Shown: positions 39,201-48,406 of the stretch, piece after piece
How the letters are laid out: each line of letters begins with the position of its first letter
Numbering within the stretch: the first letter of the stretch is position 1
Assembly (NCBI GenBank): GCA_963699755.1
Contig: CAVOVB010000001.1
Location: forward strand, 704,001-768,000
Reading direction: 5' to 3'
DNA: 64,000 bases
Source: an uncultured delta proteobacterium
Lineage (GTDB): Bacteria; Myxococcota_A; Polyangia; Polyangiales; Houyiibacteriaceae
The notes under the pieces: generated by a model
Seen by the model: only the letters and a program-made list of their open reading frames with translations
Databases searched by the model: none
What the model was told of the DNA's origin: nothing
Program-made: the position numbers and the translations under genes

Positions 39201-40936
39201 AGCTACTCGGGGACGATCGGATGGTCTTGTGGATCGTCCTCATCTTCGCGCTTTCTCAATTGATCGCCGTCGGCTGGGACCTGCCGGGCTCTTACGGTTG
39301 GGAGAACGACGGTATCGCGCCCCGCGACATTTTCGCTGGAATCGCGGTCAACCTGACGCCGGGTCAAGGACATCGCTATCCGCTGTTCCACAATCTGCTG
39401 ATTGGGCTTCTGTCCGTACCGATCCTCTTGCCCGCCGCGCTTTCCGCAGACGACTGGACGCTCCCCGCACTGATGGAACGGGTCCTCACCGTTCCGCCGA
39501 TGACGGGCGTCTCGCTCGTCGCAAAGCTCGTCGGCCTGCTCATGGCCTGCGTCTCCCTGCTGGTCATCGCGCGGATCGCCAGACGCACGGTGAGCGTCGA
39601 GGCCGGCCGCTGGGCAGCGATTTGGGCCGCTACCTGCCTCTCGTTTGCGTACTACGGACGGGTCAGCAACCTCGATGGCCCCTATCTGATGTGGACGGCG
39701 CTGGCGATCGATCGCCTGCTCAGTGTCGCTGAATCGCGAAAGCGCCGGGACTACCTCGTTTTCGGTATGTTCGCAGGGGCCGCCGTCGCGACCAAAGATC
39801 AGGCCTACGCGGGCCTGATACTTCCGGGTCTTATCTACCTTTTGCTCTTGCCGCTCCGAAGCGATCAGCCCTTCGGACCGAGGGCAGCGCACTACCGAAA
39901 CACCGCGTTCGCCACCTTGGCGGGGACTCTGTCGCTCGGGACACTGGGCGGCGGGCTCTTCAATCCAAGCGGCTTCGTGACACGCCTTCGCGAGCTCACC
40001 GGAGGGGCCAGCCAAGATTGGATGTGGTACGCGCGAACCCCCGAAGGCGTTCTGAGGAACGTCACCGACATCACGCTCGGACAGGAGACGTTTTTCTGGC
40101 CCTGGCTCGTCGTGGGACTCTGCTGGGTCGGCGTCGGCCTGGTCGTCTTTCGGCGCCGCGGAGAAGGCATTCGCTCGCGGACGTTTCGCTTGCTGCCGCT
40201 GACCAGCGGCATCAGCAGCATCGTTTTTTTCACCTTGGTTGTGGCGCGCTGCGAGCACCGCTTCGTGATGCCGCTGGGATTCTGGCTTGCATACTACGGC
40301 GGGGTCGCATCCGCAGCATTGCTCGCACGGCTCGCCCCGAGAGGTCCGTTGGCGCTGCGCGGCGCACAAATCGGGCTCGGCGTGCTCGTGCTTTGGGCAG
40401 GCGGCCACAGCTTTGAAGTCCAGCTCACTCAGCGCGGCGATGCGCGACACCAGGTGCAGGCGTACCTGGCCTCGCTGCCCGAGGGCACGCTGGTCGAAAC
40501 CTACGGCTGGCTCGTTCATCTACCCCAGTTCGATGTGTCCGATGCTTCGCCCTACCGCCTCCAGCGCGTGAGCCGCCGCCCGATCCCCACAAGGAACCCG
40601 CTGGTCGGTGCCGAAGAGATCGATGCGCCGTACGGCGAAGTTCAGACGCGCAAGCCCGATGTGCTGATCGTGCCCGAGGCCACGGCGCTGGAGTTCATCC
40701 CCCTCGAGCTCCCCGAAGGCATGGCAGTGCCGGCGGTAGGGGAGCGCGCGCGAGCGGACCAGGATGCGCAAGCGTTTTTTGGCTCGGTGTTGAGCGATTC
40801 GCTCGAAGGATATGAAGTCGAATTCATCGCCGGACCCGAGCTCCCTCGCTGGGCCGAAAAGCTCGGTGCAGAGCCCGTTCAAGTGCATGCGAGCGTCGGC
40901 AACCGGCAGTGGGTTCTTCGCCGCTCCGACCTCTGA
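39197..40936 (+). CDS. GT-C fold membrane glycosyltransferase (ArnT/GT39-like)
   Basis: GTG 39197 overlapping GT2 stop; many TM helices, WENDG first loop, NLDGP, AVATKDQ, EHRFVMP. Confidence 0.7.
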   Translation: MKLLGDDRMVLWIVLIFALSQLIAVGWDLPGSYGWENDGIAPRDIFAGIAVNLTPGQGHRYPLFHNLLIGLLSVPILLPAALSADDWTLPALMERVLTVPPMTGVSLVAKLVGLLMACVSLLVIARIARRTVSVEAGRWAAIWAATCLSFAYYGRVSNLDGPYLMWTALAIDRLLSVAESRKRRDYLVFGMFAGAAVATKDQAYAGLILPGLIYLLLLPLRSDQPFGPRAAHYRNTAFATLAGTLSLGTLGGGLFNPSGFVTRLRELTGGASQDWMWYARTPEGVLRNVTDITLGQETFFWPWLVVGLCWVGVGLVVFRRRGEGIRSRTFRLLPLTSGISSIVFFTLVVARCEHRFVMPLGFWLAYYGGVASAALLARLAPRGPLALRGAQIGLGVLVLWAGGHSFEVQLTQRGDARHQVQAYLASLPEGTLVETYGWLVHLPQFDVSDASPYRLQRVSRRPIPTRNPLVGAEEIDAPYGEVQTRKPDVLIVPEATALEFIPLELPEGMAVPAVGERARADQDAQAFFGSVLSDSLEGYEVEFIAGPELPRWAEKLGAEPVQVHASVGNRQWVLRRSDL

Positions 40937-41239
40937 ACATCGTCGGCTGTGACCGAAAACGGCGAACGCGCAGAATGTGCGCGTCGTTTCGTCTTGAAAA
41001 CAGGCCGTACGGTTGATCGCTTTCAAATGCACCGGCTACCTGTTCAGCACCTTTCGATGCCTCACGCAGAGCATCTCTGTTTGAAAGCCGGCCCCCTGCC
41101 CGTCCTCGATGCGCCCGACATTGAAAGAAGGGGGTAGACAGAACGTTGCGCGATTGTGCATTCTCCGCTGCACCGGGGTCCTCACCGGTTCCGGAACACG
41201 CATGCGGTGCGCTCTCGTGAGAGAAGGTGGAGGTGCGAC

Positions 41240-43201
41240 GTGAAAACTAGTTGGATCGCAGTAGTCGCCATGATGGCGGCCTTGTTGTCAACGGGGCAGG
41301 TGGCTGCGCAATACGGACCGGAAGAGATCGGAGCCGAGGAGTCTCCCATCGTAGACCCAGATGTCGTCCCCGATGACTCTATGTCGGAGCTCGACAAGAT
41401 CAGAGCGATGGACGCCGGGTCCGAGACCAAGACGGTCCCCGGAGCGCGGCCTCCGAGCGTGACTTCGGGCTCAGCGGTCGGCGAGGCCGGCATGGGCACC
41501 GAGGCTTCGGAACGTGAGCGCGCACGCAGAAGCATTGGCACTGTGGGTCAAAGCGTTCGCGCAAAAGAAGAAGACGCGATCCCGCTCAAGTTCCAGTTCC
41601 ACGGCTACTATCGGACTCGTTACAACTGGATCGGCAACGCGCCGATGCCCAAGGGCAGCCAGGTGAACCAACCCGGGTTTCCAAGCAAGAACGCTTCGTT
41701 CGGTGAAATGCGTCTGCGTCTCGATCCAGAGGTCACCTATGGGCCCAACCCGGACCTTCCGATCGCGCGTCTTCGCTTTACGATCGACGGTTTGGACAAC
41801 GTCGTCTATGGCGACAACGCGCGTGTCTTCAGCGTCCCGCTCTTCGCCGTCGACCAGTCCAAGACCGACCGCTTCGGAACCGATCTCACCGAGTCGCTGA
41901 AGCTCGAGCGTGCCTGGATCGAGTTCCTGGTTCCGATCGGTCAGATCCGAGTCGGCCGAATGGAATCGCAATGGGGCCCGGGCCTCCTCACGCACGCGGG
42001 CAACGGCCTCGCCGAATGGGGCGAGTTCTACCGCGGCGAGACCTTCGATCGAATTCTGTTCGCCACCAGGCCGATTACCTTGGCGCGCGGCATCAGCAAG
42101 GGAGACACGCGGCAAACCCCGCTGATCTACGCGTTCGTCTACGATCGGCTCACTCAGGACCCCGTCGTGGACTCGGTGGTTTCCTCATCTGCGACCGGGA
42201 GCAACGGGGCGGCGACCAACCCCAACTTCAAGCCCTTCTACACGACCTTCCCCGAGCGCTCGACCTACCCGTTGGCGTTCCTGACGAACCTCGACCGGCG
42301 CGTGAACGAGATCGTGAACGTCCTTGCCTGGTTCGACGAAGACTACGGTCGCGCCGCAACGGATGAGTTCTTCATCGGTGCCTACGCGGTCTACCGATGG
42401 CAGCAGTCGACCAATAGCCGGGTCACCATCCCCGACGTCGCCTGGCGCTTGAAGAGCACGCTCAAGAAGAAACGCAATTTGGCGATCACGACCGAGGGCG
42501 AGTTCTATACGATCCTCGGGCACAGCGGCGCGCTCGGGTTCACGGGGCCTCAGCCTGGTGTCAATCCAAGCTGTCCTCCTGGGCCGTGCAAGGAAGGCGA
42601 AGCACGTATCTTCAATCTCATGGCCCGCCTCGGAGTCATGGACGAGGGCAGCTGGGCGTTCCAGGCCGAAGGCGGCTGGGCATCGGGTGACGACAACATC
42701 TTGTCCGGCGCATTCCCTGGGACTCCCATCGAGAACCCGGCAACGCTCAGGACCCGAGGGTTCAACGAAAACGTCAAGGTCGGCCTCCTGATGTATCAGG
42801 TCGGGCTGAAGGCTCTGACCTACCAGGCCCTGAGCCCGCTCAACGCGCAAGAGCTCGGCGCCAACGGCAGCGTCTGGAACTCGAAGTACATCATGCCGAG
42901 CTACCGCTTCACGATCGTCCCGGGGCTCGAGGTCCATACGCAGTTCCTCGTGGCCTGGGCGGACAAGCTCGACCCGGTGGTCTACGGCGCGGGCAACTTC
43001 AACAGCCAATGTGGCTTCTCGGCCGAGTGTTTCATGGGTTGGGAAGCCGACCTCGCCATCCGCGCCAGGATAGGCGCCAAGGACATCGTCTGGGTCGATT
43101 TGGAATCCGGCATGATGCAACCCAAACAGGCATTCACCAACGCCGGGTTCAACGAGAACTGGCTCTGGACCGTAGAGCTCCGCGCTGCCATGATTTTCTA
43201 G
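41240..43201 (+). CDS. Outer-membrane beta-barrel protein (resembles myxobacterial TIGR04551 family)
   Basis: GGAGG then GTG 41240, signal peptide; HGYYRTRY, MRLRLDP, ERAWIEF.VPIGQIRVGRM.SQWG, GWEADL, terminal F. Confidence 0.7.
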   Translation: MKTSWIAVVAMMAALLSTGQVAAQYGPEEIGAEESPIVDPDVVPDDSMSELDKIRAMDAGSETKTVPGARPPSVTSGSAVGEAGMGTEASERERARRSIGTVGQSVRAKEEDAIPLKFQFHGYYRTRYNWIGNAPMPKGSQVNQPGFPSKNASFGEMRLRLDPEVTYGPNPDLPIARLRFTIDGLDNVVYGDNARVFSVPLFAVDQSKTDRFGTDLTESLKLERAWIEFLVPIGQIRVGRMESQWGPGLLTHAGNGLAEWGEFYRGETFDRILFATRPITLARGISKGDTRQTPLIYAFVYDRLTQDPVVDSVVSSSATGSNGAATNPNFKPFYTTFPERSTYPLAFLTNLDRRVNEIVNVLAWFDEDYGRAATDEFFIGAYAVYRWQQSTNSRVTIPDVAWRLKSTLKKKRNLAITTEGEFYTILGHSGALGFTGPQPGVNPSCPPGPCKEGEARIFNLMARLGVMDEGSWAFQAEGGWASGDDNILSGAFPGTPIENPATLRTRGFNENVKVGLLMYQVGLKALTYQALSPLNAQELGANGSVWNSKYIMPSYRFTIVPGLEVHTQFLVAWADKLDPVVYGAGNFNSQCGFSAECFMGWEADLAIRARIGAKDIVWVDLESGMMQPKQAFTNAGFNENWLWTVELRAAMIF

Positions 43202-43231
43202 TCGCGTAGAACCAAGAGAAAGGAACCAACC

Positions 43232-43960
43232 ATGAAACTAGTCAATCTTATCTGGGTTCTCGCATTGGCTGCCGCGGCAACGGCCTGCAACAGCGGTCCC
43301 GCCATCTCGGGATGCACCGTCGATCCGACGACCGGCTTCTGCTCTGAGGTAGGCGGCGAGTGCGGTCCCGTAGTGGACGCATGCACCAATGCCGAGGACA
43401 CAGCGGTGTACGACGGTCTCATGTACACCGACGAGGAGGAGGTCATGTACACGGGTTCGGAGGCAGCATCCGCCATCGCAGGTGACTGTATCAGCGGCGC
43501 TCCGGGCTCGAATCCGCCGATTCCACGCGAGGACGCCTGCGGCACGTTCGCAGCGGGCGTGCTCGGCTGTTTCCCGAACTGCCCGAGCTGCAGCGCGGCT
43601 GATGCTCCGGCGATTTGCGGCGAAGCGTGCACGCCTCCTGGGCTGGGTGAGCCAGACCCCTGTGGCCTCGGCTTCTATTGTCAACCGGACGAAATGACCT
43701 GCATCGACGCAGTCCAGGCCGCTGCGGACTGCGTCGCCGGGTGCACCGCGACCATCATTACCGCGGCGTCCCCGCCAGGCCTCTCGGACGAATGTCTGGG
43801 ATGCTATGGCACCACGGTGGCCTGCGGTGCGGCCTTCTGCACGAATGTATGCTTGGCAGACCCGGAATCTGCGGCCTGTATCGAATGCCGGTGCACCAAC
43901 AACTGCATTCAGTGTTTCGATGTCTGCTCGGGCCTGCCGAGCGGCGGCGAGTGCGGCTAG
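43232..43960 (+). CDS. Cys-rich acidic lipoprotein
   Basis: AAGGA RBS, lipobox ATAC, 29 Cys by my count, followed by a terminator. Confidence 0.8.
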   Translation: MKLVNLIWVLALAAAATACNSGPAISGCTVDPTTGFCSEVGGECGPVVDACTNAEDTAVYDGLMYTDEEEVMYTGSEAASAIAGDCISGAPGSNPPIPREDACGTFAAGVLGCFPNCPSCSAADAPAICGEACTPPGLGEPDPCGLGFYCQPDEMTCIDAVQAAADCVAGCTATIITAASPPGLSDECLGCYGTTVACGAAFCTNVCLADPESAACIECRCTNNCIQCFDVCSGLPSGGECG

Positions 43961-43983
43961 GCAAAGCGACATCCGCTGACCAG

Positions 43984-44015
43984 AAGAGGGCGCCCATCGT
44001 GGGTGCCCTTTTTTT
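43984..44015 (+). terminator. Rho-independent terminator, possibly bidirectional
   Basis: AAGAGGGCGCCCA-TCG-TGGGTGCCCTTTTTTT between convergent genes. Confidence 0.85.
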
Positions 44016-44018
44016 GGT

Positions 44019-44390
44019 TCACCGGGTGCAGGTCAGATCGCTATTCTCCAGAGCGGCCAGGCAAGGATAGGAGTCGAGGTTCACCTGATTGACCCGGTCA
44101 TAGATGTACGGACAATCGAGCTCAGCGGCGCAGGAGAACGTCGCTTCCACCGCCTCGCCACAGGGCGCGGATGTCTGGCGGCCGGCTGCTAGAACTTCTT
44201 CGCAGCTCTGCACACAGACCGCTTGCTCGACGGCGTAGGCCTGACACTCGCCAACGGCCTTCTCACACCAGGCGGTGCAGGTTGGGCCCGGTTCATAGAC
44301 GATGGGCTCCCGATTGGACCCGGCGTCGCCAGCGCAGCCAAGCGCCACAATCGCCATGAGGAGCGAAGAGCCACGAATCAGTCTAAGCAT
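44019..44390 (-). CDS. Small Cys-rich lipoprotein
   Basis: GAGG RBS, MLRLIRGSSLLMAIVALGC lipobox, CxxxC motifs; the ORF-track N-terminal extension overlaps dctP. Confidence 0.7.
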   Translation of the reverse strand: MLRLIRGSSLLMAIVALGCAGDAGSNREPIVYEPGPTCTAWCEKAVGECQAYAVEQAVCVQSCEEVLAAGRQTSAPCGEAVEATFSCAAELDCPYIYDRVNQVNLDSYPCLAALENSDLTCTR

Positions 44391-44398
44391 GGTGTACC

Positions 44399-45463
44399 TC
44401 AGTAGTTCTTTCCGACGATCTCCTGAACCCGGATCATCAAGGACTTCGAATAGAGCCGTCCGGCGAGCGAATTCCGCGCGTCGCGTTGGACCGCCTCCCA
44501 GGCTTCCTTGTTGCGCCAGATGTTCACGGACTTGAGCCGCTGAGCGAGCACCTCGCTTGCTTCCTTGTCGGCCCGCCTCCCGCCCTCCCGGAACTCCTGA
44601 GCGTGGTCCTTGGCGCTTTGCCGAATGTGGTCCTGGGCGGCCTTCGGGAGCGCGTCGAGACGGTCCTTCCTGATCACGTAGGCGCCGACGACGATGCCGC
44701 CGCCTGGCTTGGTCATCGTCTTGAGCTTGGTGTGCCACTGAAACGCCAGGACGCCGATCGAGGACGCAATGACCGTATCCACCATTCCCGTCTGAAGGGC
44801 CGAGAACACCTCCGGCAGGCCCATCGTCACACCGTTCGCGCCCGCCGCCTCGATGAATGCGCTCATCGTCGGCGAGCCGCGCCAGACCCAGGGCCTCACG
44901 TTCCTCAAGTCGTCGGGATGCTGAATCTTGTGTTGGGAGAAGATCCGGATTTGCCCCGAGTCTCCCCAAGAGATCAGCTCGTAGCCGGCCTTGTCGAAGA
45001 GTGCGACCAGCTCGGGGCCGAGCTTCTCGCGCACGTCGTCGAGCGCCGGGTAATTGGTAATCAGGCCTGGCGCCTGAAGGACCAGCACCTGGGGTACGAG
45101 CGCGCCGAGGCCGGTGGAGGTCAGGAGCGCGCCATCGAGCTGGCCGACGCGCATCTTGCGAACCACCGTCATCTCGTCGCCGGCCACGCCGCCGTCATAC
45201 ATCTTGAGGTTCACCTGCCCGTGGGCGACCTCTTTGAGCTCCTTTTTGAGACGCTGAAAGGCCTGGCCGAGCTCGGACTGCCTGGGCGCCAAGGTGGCGA
45301 TGCGAAGCTGATGCTGAGGCTCCGCGGACGCGTCGATCTCGACAGCGGTCCCTTGGGCGCCTGGCTCGGGGGCGTCTTCGGCCCGGGCTTCACTCCGAAA
45401 CGAATGCCCGCTGACCAGAACCGCAACGAGAAAAAACGATGGCAAGAAAATACGGACTCGCAT
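44399..45463 (-). CDS. TRAP transporter substrate-binding protein (DctP family)
   Basis: LRIATLAP, GGVAGDE..VVRKMRVGQLDG, EVFSALQTGMVD. Confidence 0.88.
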   Translation of the reverse strand: MRVRIFLPSFFLVAVLVSGHSFRSEARAEDAPEPGAQGTAVEIDASAEPQHQLRIATLAPRQSELGQAFQRLKKELKEVAHGQVNLKMYDGGVAGDEMTVVRKMRVGQLDGALLTSTGLGALVPQVLVLQAPGLITNYPALDDVREKLGPELVALFDKAGYELISWGDSGQIRIFSQHKIQHPDDLRNVRPWVWRGSPTMSAFIEAAGANGVTMGLPEVFSALQTGMVDTVIASSIGVLAFQWHTKLKTMTKPGGGIVVGAYVIRKDRLDALPKAAQDHIRQSAKDHAQEFREGGRRADKEASEVLAQRLKSVNIWRNKEAWEAVQRDARNSLAGRLYSKSLMIRVQEIVGKNY

Positions 45464-45493
45464 CCTGAAGCAAAGCACGAACCGCGAATGGTC

Positions 45494-46543
45494 TCAAGAG
45501 CCGCCGCTGGTCGCGCGTATCACCCCGCTGTTGCGCAGATCGAGGCCATCGAGGCAGCCCGAGATGTCTTGGAGCAGTTGTGGCACCGCCGTCGGGTCCG
45601 CGATGGGGTTCACGATGCAGACGTCGATGCCCGCTTCGGCATAGGCGCGAATGCGCGCGCGGATGGTCTCGCGAGCTCCGACGACGGCCATGGCGTCGCA
45701 GAGCCGGTCGCTGACCCCCATGGCCACGCCGGCCCTGTCACCCCTGGCAAAGGCTTCACGGATCTGCCGCGCTTCGTCGCCGTACCCGATCCACTCGAAG
45801 CATTTGTTGTAGCCGGGTGTGGCCGCATACGCACCGAATACGGTTCGGATCAGGTTCCGGCCCATCTCGAGGTCGTCGGCCATCACGACGTGGAGCCGGG
45901 CGACGACTTCGATCGCGCTGGGGTCGCGCCCTGCTTCCTCGGCGCCGGCCCGAACCTCCCCAAGCACTTGCGTGAGCGCCGACTCGGGGACCATGTTGAG
46001 ACAAACCCCGTCGCAAAGGGCGCCGGTCAGGCGCAGCATGCCCTTGTTGAGCGCGCCGAGGTAGATCGGTACCTCCCCGACGGTGGCGCCACCCAGTCGA
46101 AAACCCTTCACCGAGAGGGTCTTGCCTTCGTAGTTAGTCTTCTTGCCGCTCATCATCTGCCGCAGCACCTCGACGTGCTCGCGCATGCGCATGAGTGGCC
46201 TGCCAAAGGGCTGGCCCGCCCAGTCTTTGACGATGTTCGGAGAGGAGAGACCTAGGCCGAGGATGAAGTTGCCACGGGTCATCTGGCTGAGCGTCAGAGC
46301 CGCCATCGCGTGCACCATCGGGGTCCGAGTCTGCGCTGGAACCACCGCAGTCCCAATGCGCATTCCTGGTACGCCCTGCGCAATCGCGCCCGCAAGCGCG
46401 TACGAGTCACCGCCATTGACCTCGGCCATCCAGATCTCTTCATACCCTCGGTCACGGGCGAGCCGCGCCATCTCGACTGCTCTGTCCGCTCCAGCCAGCG
46501 GCAAGGTCATCCCCAGCCGGACGTTCTTTTCCACGCGCTCCAT
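45494..46543 (-). CDS. LLM class flavin/F420-dependent oxidoreductase
   Basis: IWMAE, IGTAVVP, RTP, ILGLGLS, PIYLGALN..MLRLTG; start re-called at ATG 46543. Confidence 0.85.
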   Translation of the reverse strand: MERVEKNVRLGMTLPLAGADRAVEMARLARDRGYEEIWMAEVNGGDSYALAGAIAQGVPGMRIGTAVVPAQTRTPMVHAMAALTLSQMTRGNFILGLGLSSPNIVKDWAGQPFGRPLMRMREHVEVLRQMMSGKKTNYEGKTLSVKGFRLGGATVGEVPIYLGALNKGMLRLTGALCDGVCLNMVPESALTQVLGEVRAGAEEAGRDPSAIEVVARLHVVMADDLEMGRNLIRTVFGAYAATPGYNKCFEWIGYGDEARQIREAFARGDRAGVAMGVSDRLCDAMAVVGARETIRARIRAYAEAGIDVCIVNPIADPTAVPQLLQDISGCLDGLDLRNSGVIRATSGGS

Positions 46544-46624
46544 GCAAGGACCATAGTGCAAGACCTCGGTTTCAGGTTCCGATTTTTCGCTCATCTGGTT
46601 CGCAGAAGCTGCTAACAACGGGGG

Positions 46625-48406
46625 ATGACCGATCGCTTCGAGGTTCGCGCTCCGACGCAAGCTCTGGTGATTCATGTCCGCGCCGAAGTCGGTCGAAGGG
46701 TTGCGCCTGGGCAGGCGCTCGTGATCCTCGAGGCGATGAAGATGGAGCACGTCGTGTCCGCAGAGCGGAGCGGTGTCGTCCGACAGGTGCTGGTCGAGGT
46801 CGATGCGATGGTGGCGGCTGGAGATCTGCTCGTCCTTCTGGATGGGGCCGAGGACATCGAGGTGGCCAGGGACGTCGAGGAGGAGGCGCCGCGCGACGAT
46901 CTCCGGGCCGACCTCGCCGAAGTGATTGAGCGACATGGCTTCGGGCTCGACGAGAACCGCCCCGAGGCCGTTGCGAAGCGCCGCAAGACCGGGCAGCGCA
47001 CAGCCCGCGAGAACATCGCGGACCTCGTCGACGAGGGTTCGCTGGTCGAGTATGGCGCGCTGGTCATCGCTGCACAGAGGCGGCGGCGACCGATCGACGA
47101 ATTGATCCGGCGGACGCCGGCCGACGGCATGATCGCAGCCATCGCCCATGTGAACGGCGAAGTCTTCGAGAAGGCACGGACCCAGTGCGTCGTGATGTCC
47201 TACGACTACACGGTCCTCGCCGGTACGCAGGGCACGATGAACCACCTCAAGAAGGACCGGATGTTCGAGCTGGCCGAGAAGCGAAGTCTGCCGGTGGTGC
47301 TCTTTTCGGAGGGCGGAGGCGGGCGTCCCGGCGACACCGATCATGCGATCGTCGCAGGCCTCGATTGTCGCGCGTTTCAGTACTTCGCCGAGCTCTCGGG
47401 AAGGGTTCCGCTCGTCGGCGTCAGCTCGGGCCACTGCTTCGCGGGGAATGCCGCGCTCCTCGGCTGCTGCGACGTGGTGATCGCGACCAAGGGCTCGAAC
47501 ATCGGCATGGGCGGGCCCGCCATGATCGAGGGCGGCGGTCTAGGGGTCTACGCACCCGAAGAGATAGGGCCTTCGGCGTCTCAGTATCGCAATGGCGTGA
47601 TCGACGTGCTGGTCGACGACGACGAAGCCGCCGTTGCGGCCGCAAAGAAATATCTGTCGTACTTTCAGGGCGCCCTCACCGACTGGACCTGCCGAGACCA
47701 GCGCCTGCTTCGCTCGGTGATTCCAGAGAACCGTCTCCGCGTTTACGAAGTGCGTAGGGTCATCGAGACCTTGGCCGACGAGGATTCCGTACTCGAGCTC
47801 AGGGGCGGCTTTGGCGCGGGCATGGTCACCGCCTTGGCTCGGGTCGAAGGCAAGCCCATCGGCGTCCTGGCCAACAATCCCATGCACCTCGGGGGCGCGA
47901 TCGACAGCGAGGCAGCCGACAAGGCGAGCAGCTTCATGAAGCTCTGCAGCACCTTCAGGATCCCGCTGCTCTTCTTGTGCGACACGCCCGGGTTCATGGT
48001 GGGGCCGGAGGCCGAAGAGACGGGACTCGTGAAGCGCGCCGCGAGGCTCTTCACGACGAGCGCAGCGCTCGAGGTTCCCTTCTGCACGATCGTCTTGCGG
48101 AAGGGCTACGGGCTCGGGGCGCAGTCGATGGCAGGCGGCAGCTTCAAAGCGCCGGTGTTCACGATTTCCTGGCCGACCGGCGAGTTCGGCGGCATGGGTC
48201 TCGAAGGTGCGGTGAAGCTCGGTTTTCGAAAAGAGCTCGCGGCGCTTGAAGACCCCGAGGCCCGCGAGCAGATGTTTCAGCGAATGGTGGACAAGCTCTA
48301 CGAGCGCGGAAAAGCGGTCAACATGGCGGCGCACTTCGAAATCGATGCGGTCATCGACCCAGTCGAAAGCCGCCGCTGGATCCTGAGCGCCATCGCGCCG
48401 CCCTAG
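46625..48406 (+). CDS. Biotin carrier plus acyl-CoA carboxyltransferase fusion
   Basis: EAMKME biotinylation motif; YDYTVLAGTQG, EGGGGRPGD, CDTPGFMVG, GGMGLEG. Confidence 0.88.
   Translation: MTDRFEVRAPTQALVIHVRAEVGRRVAPGQALVILEAMKMEHVVSAERSGVVRQVLVEVDAMVAAGDLLVLLDGAEDIEVARDVEEEAPRDDLRADLAEVIERHGFGLDENRPEAVAKRRKTGQRTARENIADLVDEGSLVEYGALVIAAQRRRRPIDELIRRTPADGMIAAIAHVNGEVFEKARTQCVVMSYDYTVLAGTQGTMNHLKKDRMFELAEKRSLPVVLFSEGGGGRPGDTDHAIVAGLDCRAFQYFAELSGRVPLVGVSSGHCFAGNAALLGCCDVVIATKGSNIGMGGPAMIEGGGLGVYAPEEIGPSASQYRNGVIDVLVDDDEAAVAAAKKYLSYFQGALTDWTCRDQRLLRSVIPENRLRVYEVRRVIETLADEDSVLELRGGFGAGMVTALARVEGKPIGVLANNPMHLGGAIDSEAADKASSFMKLCSTFRIPLLFLCDTPGFMVGPEAEETGLVKRAARLFTTSAALEVPFCTIVLRKGYGLGAQSMAGGSFKAPVFTISWPTGEFGGMGLEGAVKLGFRKELAALEDPEAREQMFQRMVDKLYERGKAVNMAAHFEIDAVIDPVESRRWILSAIAPP

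Noticed and set aside
40990..41130. TTGAAA motifs resembling CRISPR repeat ends
   Set aside because: No full-length repeats, no regular period, no cas genes.
43232..43960. Multihaem cytochrome or ferredoxin reading of the Cys-rich lipoprotein
   Set aside because: No His and no CxxCH; an exported lipoprotein with an even number of non-lipobox Cys fits disulfides better.
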